The notes under the pieces were generated by a model. It worked only from the letters and a program-made list of their open reading frames with translations. It did no database searches and was not told where the DNA came from. A program made the position numbers and the translations under genes. From Callorhinchus milii (Eukaryota), in the NCBI RefSeq assembly GCF_018977255.1, contig NW_024704742.1, positions 13,208,001 through 13,272,000 on the forward strand: DNA of 64,000 nucleotides, in the 5' to 3' direction. Positions 36,101 through 51,100 of this stretch are shown here, piece by piece; positions within the stretch are counted from its first letter, which is position 1; each line of letters opens with the position of its first letter.

Positions 36101-39100
36101 AGTAAATAGGAACCCGGTTGTTAGTCGATTGCTCATGGGGTAATAATCCCTCAAAGAAAAATTAATAACAATAATAATTTGGTCATTCAATCCATGACTA
36201 GTGTGCGCAATTGGCTGCTTTGCCCACAAAATGCACAAACATATTCTGTGAAGCACTTTGAGGCGCTTCAATGACATGATGTATATATAATAGTCTATAT
36301 CAAATAAAGGATGATTACTAATATTACTAAATTTTAACCCTTATTCAACATTAGGGAAATCCTTGATGAGCCGCTTGGTGTGATTTTGGGGCAGATTCCA
36401 GCGCCTTGGGACGTCCTCCCGACGTGAAAGGCGCTCTATAAATGGAATCTTGTTGTTGTTATTTGGAAGTAGGCCCAATCAGCAATAGTAATAAAAACAC
36501 ACACCAGAGTTGAAAGTCTTGTCGGGATTATATTTGTCCTGGATCCAAGAATATAAAAACTGGTTTGTCCAAACATTTTAATCCAATTATTTATTTTCAG
36601 AAAAACTGAATATGTTTGGTGTTTCCTACACATTTAAGTATTTAAGGTTACTTAGAGGAAATACTGGAAACTGAGATTCTCATGACTTGTGCTGTTTCAA
36701 CTGGTCAAAATCTAAAACCAGTAATAAGTGTGAAATGGTAATGTAATCCACCAGAAGATTCACTGTTCAATCACTTTGCACGAGAGGCTTTTACTCCGAA
36801 CTTAACACATGATACCATTACATTGGGAAGAGTGCAATTTGGGCCATTTTCAGTTCCCTCACATTGAAAACCCACAAAAAGCATTTTGTTAACATTTCAA
36901 TTTAATATACATTGCAGTGGAAAACACAAAAATATTCAGGATTCAGTTTTTGAGATGACAAATGTTATCAATTCAAGCTGCTTCAATACTAGATAATTGT
37001 TTACAAGTGTTTACCAATTGTTTACCTTTTGAGACATGGTAGGAAAAGAAGTTGACATTTTTAAAATTAACGATAGGCGAGGGAAAAGCTCCATCCCCAA
37101 AGGCTTGGTTATATGAACTACTTTAAATCCAGATTCTCACCCTGAAACTTTCCACTTTCTCTGACAGAGAATATTAAAATCACACTTCTAGCATCTCGAA
37201 ATGCAGTGTTGAGCTTCTTTTCATTCACTGGCAGTGTTGACCATACACCCTAGGAGCGGAGAAAAAAGAATAGATTTCTAAATGCGCAACATATTTTAAT
37301 AGGTGAACAATGATATTAAAGAGAGGATGAATACTAATTTAACACTAATAGTGCAAGCAAAATGATTCACAAGATTGGTTCAGATGAAGACGGTCCTTTG
37401 GCGCATCCGATCCAACTATCCTCCCAACACTGCATCAAGTTATGTTTTGAATGAGTCCAAAGTCATGGCTTCAATCATTTTTCTTGGTAACTAAGAAAAC
37501 TTGCCGTTATCTGTCGTGAAATTGTCCTTCACATCTCTATCCCTATGTCCTCTTGCTCTACTGTCCCAGTATGTACCAATTTTTTTGGCTTGAAAACTCA
37601 GGCACTTCTCAAATTCTTTAATAACCACAGTCAGCAACAAAACTGATAAGAAAAGGAAAACATTGAATTTTAAGGGCAGATATTGAAAAAATCCATCCTA
37701 ATATTTGGAGAAGCACATTCACTGGTAGGTTACATGCCCATTGATAAAAACAAGAATCCATAAGAATCCAAGTTGCAGAGACAAGCCTACATAATTGCTG
37801 TACCAGCTCCCCAATGGAATGATCTTCTCAAAACACATTTCCCTGCTCTTTATTCACACCTTTTTGGTTAATAAGGTGTCACTCGGAAACCCATTGCTGT
37901 CTTAATATCCAAACCAGACAGTCCCATATAGCATGCTACCTACGCATTATATTTGCCCATCATCCAGAACTCTGCAGCCCATGTCCTCTCCCGCCCCAGG
38001 CTCTGTGACCCTGTCACCCCCATCCTCGCCCAATTCACCTTTGGCTTCCCATCACACAGAGGATACAGTTCAAGATCCTGGTCTTCACCTTCAAAGCCCT
38101 CCATGGTCTTGCTGCCCCCTACCTCTGCGAGCTACTAACCCCCTACCATCCTGCCTCCTCCATCTGCTCAGCGGGCTCCGGCCTGCTTCACGTCTCCCAC
38201 CTCGGTCGCCTTACCATTGGCAGGCAGGCCTTCTACCACTCTGCCCCCACCCTCTGGAACTCCATCCCGCAGTCCCTCCGTCTCGCCCCTCCCTTGCCTC
38301 CTTCAAGACCCATCTCAAGACCCTCCGCTTCGACCGTGTTTTTGATCACCATGCTTCCCCCCTTGCCCTCCACCATCCCCAATCCCGATCCCCAGCTTAG
38401 GTCCAAAACTCTGTCTGTCTTAGGACACCATCCCGACGTAAAAGGCGCTATTCAAATATAATTTTGTTGTTGTTCATCTTGGCAAGAGCCAAGGCACAAC
38501 ACCAGAGTGTGCAATGGACACTGCTGGAATTTAACCAGCTTGCCAATATGAGAAATGTCTGACAAGCTTGTACAGCTAGCACCACTTGGTTAGGGCTTTG
38601 GCTTGTAGGGTTAAAAGAAACTAGGTAAGAAGAATCCTTGCCTGGGCAATTGGTATGAACCTTCAAATCCTGCCACTAAGCCAAGCTAGCTGGGCTGTCA
38701 CCATCACTGCCTTGGGGTACTGCAGACCCACTTGGCCCAAGAATCAGAGTACTTAGACCGCCACAGAGGAACAACTCGATTCTGACATTCCATTGCCAGT
38801 TCTATCATCTTGGAGCCAGCTCAGCCCTAAGAAGAACCTGTTTACCTCTCTGCCCCAGCAAGGATGGTCAATATCCTTTTATAGTTTTACCCTTCATGTA
38901 TCTATCTAATAAACGTTTAAAAAAACTACGTAACTGTTTTGGCTCCAAAAACGCACTTACGAGAGAACATTCAACTATTTAATAATACACTTTGGAGACA
39001 TTTGAAAACAAAGATCATATATCATTCGTTAGTTTGCGTAAATGCAGACTAAATGAAGAAAACCAGCAAAGGTTTCCTCATCTTCCAGAATCAAAGCAAT

Positions 39101-42100
39101 ATCTCCTCAGAACGAATAACTACTGGCCGCTTCAAAAATGGATCTGTTGAACAGCAAGTCATCCTTAGAAGACAGAACTAAGTAAATGACGGAGAACTTC
39201 ATCATGTTCCAACCAAACATTTTGAATGCCAATATTTATTTGATTTCCCCACAAAATGGCAGATGGGTTAAAATTATAATTCCAAAATATTAAGTCCCAG
39301 CAACAAAAGCCAGAGACACCCGAACAGTCAAAAGAAACCTAAAGGACCCACTCACACAAGTATAGATTGTTAAGCAGGTTTTGAAACAGTAAATGAAGTA
39401 CAAAATCTCTTGGAAACTACTCTACAAATGAGATAGCCAGACAATACAAGATCCCCAAATCCCTTCCTGTGGGTAAAATACTTTCTAAAAAGGAAAGCAT
39501 TTTTCTGCTTGCCAAGTTAGTTTTAACAAAGGGTTAAATAACATCATCAATTCAGATGACCGAATTACAATCTACCGAACAGTCAGAAGTAAATCAATTC
39601 GAGATCCAAATAATACCACTTCTTTCTGGATCAGTGAAGTGTTTATTTCACCTGTGGAAATCAGCCACAGTAAACAATCAGAAATCACTAGTTGTAACCA
39701 TGTTATTACCATTGAGAGTCTTTATGCAGCTACAGAGCTACCAGAGGAATAAACAACATAAACAGTTATTTATAGCTTTGATAAATATGGAACAAGTACA
39801 AATATAAATTTAAATTGGTTTTCAAAGTTAACAGCAGCATTCTGATCTCTCTGAATGAATAAGATCAGCATGCAGATGAACATTTAAAGTAGATTGTTCC
39901 ACCAATAGGCTACAGTATTCGCGGTGGGAACATATAGTACAGAAATGGATCATGCTCCTTTTGTACACAATTACCTTAGCTTTGGCTAGGGATACATTCT
40001 CATGGTTGTTGCTCTTGATGAGGAAAAATCGTGCATCTCGTAGAACATACTTCAGTTTACTTGTCTGATCTGTAAAATATTAATGCAAAATGAGCGACTT
40101 CAAACAGTAACTGAAAATGGTACAACTAATTATTTGTAGGACAAGTTTTCAATACTCAGTAACTTCAGTGGCTTTTCAGCTTTACCCCAGAGAAGCAAAC
40201 AGTCAAATATTAACTCAAGGAGAACGCTGATCAAGTTTATGTAAAATCTAAGAGCAAGTAGCATATCCATCATGGAACCAGAATTTGAATCCAGGGGAGA
40301 CGTGGTCAGCTGCACGGGTCCAAAATGAGTCAAACTGGATTATCTCAACCCAACATGAAAAGGATTTGCGTCCACAGCACAGACGGACCACAGTTCTGCA
40401 AGAATTTATCCGAATTGAAAGTCTTGTTAAGAGTGACCCCTAGGGGGGATGAGGGTGGGGGAGGGCAGAAATCACACTGGGGCAGTGGGGGTTGTATTTA
40501 AGCACAATGCAGTGGAAAAATTATTCTCCATCTGGTTTGCATTTCTCCACCTCATCTTGAGAAGCATATAAATTCACTAAAATATCAGATAGAATAGGCA
40601 GAAAAGAGGTCATTTCAGTGTATCTATAATAATAATAATCCTTGCATTTGATATAGCGCTTTTCACGTCTTCTCGACGTCTCAAAGCGCTTCACAGAATA
40701 GACTGCAAAGTGAATTGACCGTATATTTGTGGGCAAAATATCTATCATAGACAACAGAAAAATCAGTAAATAGACAAAGAGAGAAAGGGAAAATAATATC
40801 AGTGAACATCAGTACAAAATACAAATGATAGGCTGGTTCAACCAACTGCAGCAAACAACATTTTGATAATATTTCTTCAAAATATCCCAGTCACTCGATT
40901 TCTTAATAACCAGAGCATGTTATCTTGTCGCTTAATGTTCTCAATACAGATCAATGTTTCACATTTTGTGTGCCAGAATATCTTTATTTTTTAAAATTGG
41001 TTGACTGATATCAAAATGCCTGTTACATTTCAGTAATAAACTACTTTCCAAAGGACAATTAAAGACACAGTGCAGCTCAAGATTTCCTCTTTGGTCACCA
41101 TTTCTTTAAACGTTAATTGTTTTAATAGCTTTTTTAAGTGAAAAGTTGGTTTAAATTTTAACCACACATGGGTTGGTTCCCTAAACGTAAATACTTTGCT
41201 AAATTTCTGATCAACTCAGACAAATGGTGTTTTAGTCTTCATCAATTCCAAACACACATACCACCACCAAGCAAATCACTAAATGCCAGTAATACAATGT
41301 CACACTTCAGCCTCCAGTTCCAATTTGACTACAAACAAAATTATGTTTTACATGTACATAATTTAAAAATTAGACAAGGAATAAATGATTCCAAAGTCTT
41401 ATCCAGAAATATCTATTGAACTTTATTTTTTTCACCAGTGCTTAATTTTCTTTCTTTATAAATACCCTGAATCTTTTGTTTTACTGTATAGTAATGTATG
41501 ATGTGCATATCAAAATAAACAGATTAAAAGTTAACTTCCACAAGAAATTTTCTAGTAGAATAAACTACAATGATACAATAAATAGGATTAAAGCTATATT
41601 ACTGTATTACTAGTTAGACATATAGTACTTCAATAGTGTTCCATTTTACATCCTCTAAAGTTAGAAACATTCAGTCCTCTCATTAATAGCTTTTACAATC
41701 TCATTTGTTTAGAAAACACGGCTTGTCAGGAACATCAAATAGACAGTGGCGTACATCAAACAATAGTATTCTCATCAGAAACTCTACAGTTTCACGTAGG
41801 AGTAGACCACAACGCCACCTAGTCTTATCATTCAACTTTGAAGATTCCTTGGAAACATTTAATTCTTCCAATAAGATGGAATCCTTTGTTTCCAGATTCA
41901 ACTAGATCCCAGCGCTTTTATTTATTCTCAAGCTATAATCCTTTTGCTCTTGAATTTTGTCCACAGCAGAAGAACTTCTACAGATATAAGTTTAAACACC
42001 TTTATCACATCCCCCCTCAGTTTTCTCTTTTCAAGAGAAAAGTTCTAGGGTGACCAACTGCTACTATGTTTCCATAGGAGCATCTCTGCCTCAATGACAT

Positions 42101-45100
42101 GCACACAAAATTGTTCCATACATACATCCATCTCCAGGTTTAGTTTTTAACGGTAATAAATATCCTGCATTTATACAATAATTGTATCAAAATTCTGCTA
42201 AATCAAAGTACTAAAAAAAAGAAGTTGAAATGGACCAATTTATTGGACCAGAATATCGGATTAACTTTTTTNAATTAAAAAAGTCTGCTGTGTTTTACCC
42301 TAGCAATAAATGAGCAGGATCACTGAAAAAGCTTTATTTTCTCAAATAGGTTTCCTTCATTTTCCAATTATTTGGGTATTTCATTCAACCTCGCCCTCCC
42401 ATCAACAATTCCCAATCTAAAACAACACAATGACACATGTCCCAGTTCTACATTCAGCATGACGTACCACCATTCATGTCAAATATTGTAGAAAAAAGGT
42501 TTAACATAAAAACGAAGACCTGAAGTGAAGTTCCTATAGGAAAGTAAAGCAAGGCACTCTCATCAATGATAGAAAAAAGATACAAAAATTGGGCTACAGC
42601 AATGATAAAGTAAGAAAGCAAGAGCAAAGCCTTTAAATGAATGTGAATTCCTCACACAAGTATGAGGTTTATTCTGATGTCCATGGAGGATAGGAATGAA
42701 AAATTGCAATGTGGGTTATGAAATTTTTATTTGGAAATCAGATTAAAAAGCCTATATGCACAAACTTACAACTCAGAAACTAAAGAATCACAAGCTCATG
42801 TATATGTATTTTTGTACAGGAGCTTAAAAATAAAAGGGGAAAAATTAGTTCTGCTGGTATTCCTGAGTTTCTTTGCAGCAGTTTACATCAAAGACCTTAG
42901 CTGATAATCATCAAAAAAAATCAATGTCTTAATATTTAAATAAGACCAATAATACAAATACCATCCAGCTAACTTTTCCATGCCATCAAATTCCCCTTCT
43001 TCAAGAATTGTGCAGAGATACTGCACTTGAAGTGACACTGAACAGGTGAATAAGTAAATATGTTACAATATTTTGACAATCTTAATAGATTTGGATTAAT
43101 CAGTAAAGTACCATTTGCAGCAAGAAAGAAATGCAGTTTTATAATCTGATTAGAGAAAATACTACTTTGTATTTGATTACTACCACCTAACTTGTGTTCA
43201 GTTTTGCTCACTTGCTTCAAGCAGATTGGTTTGACATACATCAACAAACATCACCACAACATTGAGGTAAACTACATAACTAAGGCCAAATACGATAATT
43301 ATTTCTAACACATCCTATTTCCCTTGTTATCATGGCATGTAATGGGCATTGCAAGTGGTTTGATTTCATGAACTGGCAAGATAGAAAATTCCACTCTTTA
43401 TGACACTTAATTCCCAATTACAGAGCCAGTGCTTTTGTATCACCACCTCCATCTCACCGACAAAGAACATTTCCCTTTCAAAACACAGATAGGAATAAAT
43501 TGCTATGATAGAAGGAATGGTGTCCATCTTAAAACTAGGCAACCATAAAACATTCCCTATCGGTATACAGGAGGGAGTTAGAGAGAACAATGTCACCTTA
43601 ACAGAAGATAACACAGCCGTTGTAACAAGATGGTTTTGAAAGGAAAGGAAATAGCTCCAGGATACACTCACACTGAACAAAATTCCTGAGAAATGAACTT
43701 TTGGGGGTGGGGGCGGGGGAGAACATATACCCTGCATCTACAAGAGACTTCTGCATTCATGAAACTATAATCAATGAGGGGATTTAAAGAGTGCGGATTC
43801 TTATCGCAGTCGAATTAATAGTCTATGAAATGTACATATACAAGACAGTTCAGAAACAAGATAAAGAAAATCATGGAAAAATGTAAATTACCCCTTTCAC
43901 TAACAAGGCATCTTTCAGCTGAAGGCTTAAAAGTTGTAGAGCATTACTTTTTCAATATTGTAAAGTCTAAAAGACACAGAACATTCATTTCATTCTGGAC
44001 ATCAAACCCCAAAATGTCAACCTATTGGAGCTGCTTTTCCAGCTGCTTTATCTGCTCAAGCACACTTATTCTGACCCCTAAACTTATTGTTTCCATACCT
44101 TTACGAACTGCCCGCACAGATGATGACAGCTTCTCATGTTTCTTCTCTGATCCTGCATTACAGTACACAAATCCCATTAGGCCCTTGCTGTTTAATCTCC
44201 AAGCACGACAAGTTCCAAATGAAACACAAAACATACCTGCATATGAATCGGACGCAGAGCTTTCACTCCTATCAAACACAATTGGAGAAATGTCTCTAGA
44301 TCGCTTTTTCTTCTCCTTTTTATGTTTCTCATCGTCTGAAGAAAATTTAATTTGGAACAATTCCATTTAATTATTCTTTAAGAATCATTCGAGACTGCAG
44401 TATGAATGATAGGGGTTGAAAATTCCACTGACATTAGGTCTGGGACGTGTTCATTATGTCAGGTCAATTGTCAATAGACCAGTAGAAAGGTATAAGACAA
44501 ATTAAACAGCAGTGTTGTAATGACCAATATTTGTCACTATAGGCAATTAGAGCACTTACACAGCATGCTGGCAGCTTTCAGTGGATGGAATGAAATACAG
44601 TTGAATCCTGATAAATAAACTTTAGTTGGTTTGAAGCAAAATTACTTGATAAAAGCAAGTTTAAAACAGAATGTGCAAATCTTTAGAAAACCATCAATTT
44701 AAATCTTTCATTCAGCAGTTCAATCTAAAACAAAAACAAACTACTTAACAAAAAGTTTAGACAATAACTAATCTTTTCTTTTATATTGTCCCAATACAGC
44801 ACCAAAAGTGTCAATAGCACTGCAAACGGGTATCCGTGGCTCAACTATCATCTTGAATGAAAGTAAAATGTTAAGGCAGAACTTTGCCCATATGCACCCA
44901 AACATATTGGCTTCTAACTCACGTCAATTATTCCAACAGAAATGTTAGCTTCTTTCAATAAGTGTAAATAAAAAGGAAGCTCACTGCACCCACTTTTTTT
45001 TTTAAAAAAGCTGAAAAGTGGTTTTCTCTCATGTGCTTCAAAGGCTCCCCCAGTGAGAAGTGTTTGGTAACAGATTGTGGGAAGAAAGGCTGAAAGCCCG

Positions 45101-48100
45101 ACCATTAATGGTGGAGCGGGCAGAGCGGGGGACGTGGAGCTGGCCAGTGGCTGCTGAGCAGAGGGAGCGGACACGCTGGTAAACTATTAGGGTAATATAT
45201 TAAGGAGAGATTGTTAAAGTAGGAGAAAGGGAAAACTGGATTTTACATAACCACTATTATGAAGTGAAAAGATAGTTAAAGATCTTCTTAAAGATTATAA
45301 TTTTATAGAATACAAGACCACACTAGAGGTTTGATGACTTTTTGCACTGGCATAAAGGTACAGCATAAGGGCCGGAGTACAAATTAAAACTCGGAATTTG
45401 GCAGCAGATTAACCTGATTTAGTGTGGTAACGTTTTTTTAAACATAGACAACATATTACATGTTTGGAAAAAGACTTTGCACTCGTATTTTCCTTGAATC
45501 AGAAATTATGCAACAGAGGAACAAATGGGAAATGGTTTGGCACATGGGAATTCTATTCTTTGATCAGGAATAAATTTATCTGAAGTCAACTGTACTGTAA
45601 AAGTACATTAACAGGGCCTGAATGCTGGACCAGCAGTTAAGATTTCGATTTTGATCAGGTGGCCAAAGATACCACCCAGATCTCCTTGACAGTTATAATA
45701 ATTAGGAAATCAAGACACTTTAAACTTCAGTGGTGAGTGCAGTCCCATTGATCACATTAGCCACCATTTAATTGGATGCAGTGGCAACCTCATCAAAAAC
45801 AAGAAGCCAAGTCACAACTGAGCCTACTATTAGGGCCAAAAAATTTTCAACCCCCTTCAATCATTCATTATTTTGATATACATTCTTATCTTCTCCCCAA
45901 CACAGAAAAGGTTACAGTACTGGATATTTATCACTCAGAAATATCCTTCTGCTAATGTGACCAACATCGTTCCGAATCACAAAACAAATATAATTAAAGA
46001 CTATTTAGAAAAACGTTAGATTTAAAGAAAAGTAGCTGAGATAAACACAAAGCACTTATGATGATTTTAACTCAATGGATACACAGATGGATCAATGGTC
46101 TCAATCTGCTTTTGTACCACCAGAAGCATTTCTAAAAATATCTTGTCCCTCAGCATAAACCAAATTTTCCTTCAGTGATAATGGAGAAAATTGTGAGATA
46201 AGAATTTAGGTAACTAGAGAAATAGTCATTAGAAAATCACTGATGTACAATCAAACCTGCTCATAACAGCCAATTGTGGGTGTCTCAATATAACTTTAAA
46301 TATTGTCAAAACTGTCACTAGATGGTCAATATAGATTATTTTAATGTAAGATTCACTTTAAAGGTCTGAAATTGGAAGCAGATTTAAACTTCTCTTAAAT
46401 ATGTGGATAACCCATTTACCAGTACAATGGCTAGAAAAGGGATTACACATTGGATTTTACAATGGCTAGAAAAGGGATTACACACTGGATTGTACTCAAA
46501 AACAAAACTTTTGTTCGATTAGTTACGATGCGCAGGCTGATTAGGTCTAATTTAATTTGTTCTGCAGACTGTAGGTTCTGTAATATTAGGTTCAACACTA
46601 TCTAATGCAGTCAGCTTTCAAAACTTAGTTATATACAAACAAGTAAGTACCTGATGTACTGAGGATCAACATTACAAATTTAATCCAAATGTTTATACAT
46701 GCTTCAAAAACAGAAATATACCTGATACATCAGATCCAGATCTGGTAGCAGATTCTCCATCAGAAAACGAGACAGACTCCGAGTCCGAATCACTTGCTTC
46801 ACTCCGTGTATCATAATCTTGCTCGTGGCCTTCCTCTTTACTTTCTCTTGGATCTCTCTCTCTGAATTCATCTTGCTCAGCTATACACTGGTCATATTCC
46901 TCCTCTTCTACGTCTACCTCTTCCTCCTCCAACTCCAGTTCCTCCTTCTCTCTGTCAACATCTTCATCATCCTCTCCAAGTTTTACCTCCTCATCCATTG
47001 CTTCCTCTAGATTTTCCAAGTCTTCAGATGAAGTGGCACTACCTGTCTCAACATCGGGTTCAGACTGATAACCATCAGAATGAACCTCATCTTTGGAAGA
47101 ATGGCTTGACCTACGCACTTTCAGACTCTCATCACTGTTTCTTAAAGTCTTCTGCCATTAAAAAGAAAACGTTTTGTAAAATAAAAACAGATTTTTAAAT
47201 AAACAGTATTATCATAGTATTATCATTGGGTTACATTTGGTACAGAAAAATATTTAATCTACAATATCAAGGCACGTTTTCTGTATCGCACCAACAATTC
47301 CTCATTTAAAAAATGATCAACATTGTGAACCCTGAAGTAATTCAGATAACTGATTACAAGAGTAGAGAAGTTCAAGACAAAAAATTATGTCTGTGTAAAA
47401 GGAGCAAAGACCGAAGCTCTACACCAACAATAACAAGTTCTAATAGTGGGTAACTTGTGCAGAATTAGCAGATGCACATTATGGAAGACTCAATACATGA
47501 GAATCAGGTTAACACTAAAAGGTTTTGCTGGAAAAGTTACTGAAATACAACTTGCCATGCTGTAAACCTCAGACTCATTTTGAGTTGTTGATTTGGATTT
47601 CCTATCACACTCTCCTCGCCTGCTTCCCATTTTGTCCGTTCGATCTTTCTGTGACTCTCGGGAACTCCCGCCTTGGGTATGATTCTTTCGGTCACTACTC
47701 ATTTTGTTTCGTTCGTATCGTTGATATTCTTCCTTCTTATAGGCTGATGATACATGTCTGCCTTTTGAACTGGAAGCCTTTGCGTTATCACCTCCAGAAG
47801 AACAGGAAGACCTCTTGCTGACTTGCCTTGAATGGCTTGAAGATTTCTGCCGTTTCCCATCACCAACGTCTGGTCTCTCTTTTTCATTTTTTCTTTTTGA
47901 TGCTGTTGAGTAAAGAAGTCAGCATTTAATGAAGTAACTCACAAAAAGGTGAAAGGTTCAAATGACTGGCAAAATTATTTCACTCAAGTGAAATAACTGG
48001 CTCAGACGATAATTAGTATGAACTCTCATATGACTCACAAGAATAAATCGAAGCAATAGTGTCAATATGCAAAACAATGCAATTTACTTTTCTTCTCACT

Positions 48101-51100
48101 GCCCTTGTATGTCGTTGGTAGGTTTTGTGTTAAAACACAATTTTTTAAATTAATTCAGATCATCATCAACACCTCTCTAAACTCAATTTCTCCAATGCTT
48201 GATCCTCCACAAGCTACAGATTATCCAGAACCAAGCTCTGGGAGCCCATTACCACCAACCTCACCCAGTTCACCTGGCTCCCTAGCCCCAACAGACCAAC
48301 TTTTAACATCTTTGACCACAATCTCAGATGACTTCACAGCCTTTCTTTGCTACTTTGCTACTCCTTGACTTTACAAAGAGACGTTCTCTAATGTGAAAGC
48401 CACTACTATGTAAGTGCATATTGTTATTATAATTATAAATTCTCTTTTAAGAGTGGTCTCCCTACAGTTGAACTGACTTTGAATAGACACTCCGACTGCA
48501 CCATGGTCGACACTAATCAAAGGCAGACTTGCAAAACCCTAAAGCTAATGGCATTGCTTTCCAGAGTTGGATGAATGGCATTACTGTATTTTCACCAATA
48601 AAATAAAAAGTCAATTCACTTTACAGTATATTCGGTGAAGAAGCGCTTTGAGACATCTTGAAGAAATGATAAGGCGCTATATCAAATGCAAAGATTATTA
48701 TTATTAATTATCCTTCAAGTGAAGAAATACTTCCTGGTTGTCTGTCCTGAAATTGCCTTTTATAACCTTAAACCTGTGTCCTCTTGTTCTGCTGCCTTGG
48801 TGTATCTGGAAGTAACTTCACTCATCTTGAAGTTTAGTAAGTAGAATATAGAACATTATAGCACAGAAGGAGGCCATTCAGCCCATCGTGCCTGGTCCGG
48901 GTCTTTGGAAGAGCCACCCAATCAGTCCCACTCCCCCGCTCTTTCCCCATACCCTTGCAAATTTTTCCGTTTCAACAATTTTTTTTAAAAGTCGGTAGAA
49001 TCTACACAAGAAGAAGAGCTACCACAGAACTCCAATTATAGTGCAGTAGCTGGGCCCATAAAATCTCAATGCAATTTATAACCACAACAAAATTACATTT
49101 GTATAGCGCCTTTCATGTTGGGATATGATCACTGGCAAGAAGGACCCTTGAGTTCATTGACATGTATGTGGAAAGCTGGCCAGTTTCCCACGCTGAACAA
49201 TGTTGGAGCCATGAAGTCACCAAAGTCACTTCCTGAATATTACACGTGTGTACCAATACAGAAAAAAGTCAAGTCTCGTTTTAGCGTGCTGGAAGCCAAA
49301 TTACCCAAGCCCTGAGACATCGGGTTATGATTTAGGGAAAAAGGTCACAGCTAAAATAATCCTGGCATTTGATATAGCGCCTTATCACGCCTTCGAGACA
49401 TCTCAAAGCGTCCCAAAACATAGACTTACCTTTCTTCTCAATGACGTCTTGTCCACTCTCGGGGTTATAAAGCTCATCATCCTGATCAGGTGCTTCCGTC
49501 AAGATGTCATCCAAAACATTAACTTCACCATCTAAAAGACAAGACAATTAACCATCACACTATTAAAATGTTGTTTTCTCAAAAGCCTATTCCTTAAATA
49601 TAATTTATAAATGTTGCAATTAAAGGTCAGATTCTACATTTTTAAAATGCACTGTGTTATATTTCTGAATAAAGAGATTAGATAGGCAAGTTTGTTGTGC
49701 CATTTTTTTTCTGCAGATGGATTGTGAACTACCCAAATTAGAAAGGTATAGTATGTTAGTGGCAAAACTGCTCCTGTCTCATTGTACTCCTGTGGCTAAA
49801 AGAGTTTGGTGCCCATTACATCACAATATTTGCAAGGCACATCATAATCCATAAATCTGAAAAAAACGGACCATTTGTTGAAATGCAAATATTTTTCATG
49901 TCATTGTACGATGGACCAATTTGCTGAGCTTTTTCCAGGGCACATTTTGTATATAGAAAAAAATCTGGATTTATGTGGCCCGATTGCAAACCTGAACTTC
50001 AAAAACATGTGCACAAATATCTGCAATATTGATTTAATATCTGCAATATTAAATCAACTCAGAATCCCAAGGTAGTGTGGAATTTGGTACGAAACATGAA
50101 TTCTGGTAGTGAATAAAACTAAATTTTTGCACCAATTCATTTTACAGAAACACTATTGAGCACTTTACTTCTGGGTCTCAACCACATAATTTATACTAAT
50201 TCAGAATATTGAGGTCAAGTCTCTTTTGTGATGCGTGGCTACACCATACCCTGTTGGGGTATAGATACCCTGTTGGGGCACAGAATACCCAACGCAGCTG
50301 AAACCCTTATCTGCACATTAGTCACCTCCTGCCTTGATTATTCCAAAGCCCTCCTCACCAGTCTTCCCAAGTCTTCCTAATTTAAAATTACGCCACCCAG
50401 ATCCTCACCTGCCCAAACTCAGAACCCAAATCTGTGCCAGGCTCCAATGGCTCTCTATCATAGAACGATCAACTTCAAGATCCTCACACTTGTTTATAAT
50501 TTCCCGTCACATCCTGGCATCTCCCTACCTCCCCAAACTGCTTACTTCCTACTCCACTAACTGCTGCATCCGCTCAGCTGGCTCAGGTCTCCTGCACCTG
50601 CCTTACCCCCTCCGTTCCACCATCATAGCGGATGTGACTTTAGCCACTACGCCCTGAAACTCTCTTCCTCAATCCCTCCACCTTGCTTCCTCCTTCCCCA
50701 TTTTCAGATCACACCTGAAGACCGTTCTCTTCGACCATATCTACAGTCACCTCCCCCTCTTTTCGGCTTGGTATCAAACTCCAAAACGCTACCCCACATG
50801 AAGGGTATCACAGAATCGTACAGCACAAAAAGAGGCCATTTGGCCCATCGAGTCTGTGCCGGCTCTTTCAAAAGAGCAACGTAATGTCAATCCCACTCCC
50901 CAGCCCTTTCCCCATAACTCTGCAAACCCGTCCTCCTCAAATACCTGTTCACCGCGGTACTATGTAAATGCAAGTTGATGTTTGTTGTAGTTATGGAAGC
51001 TTTACTCAGAAAAGTATAAACATCACCTCTCCCATGCTTTGAAATAAAGACACTGATCACATAATATGGAACGTACCCTTGTTTATTTATAAAACGTAAA

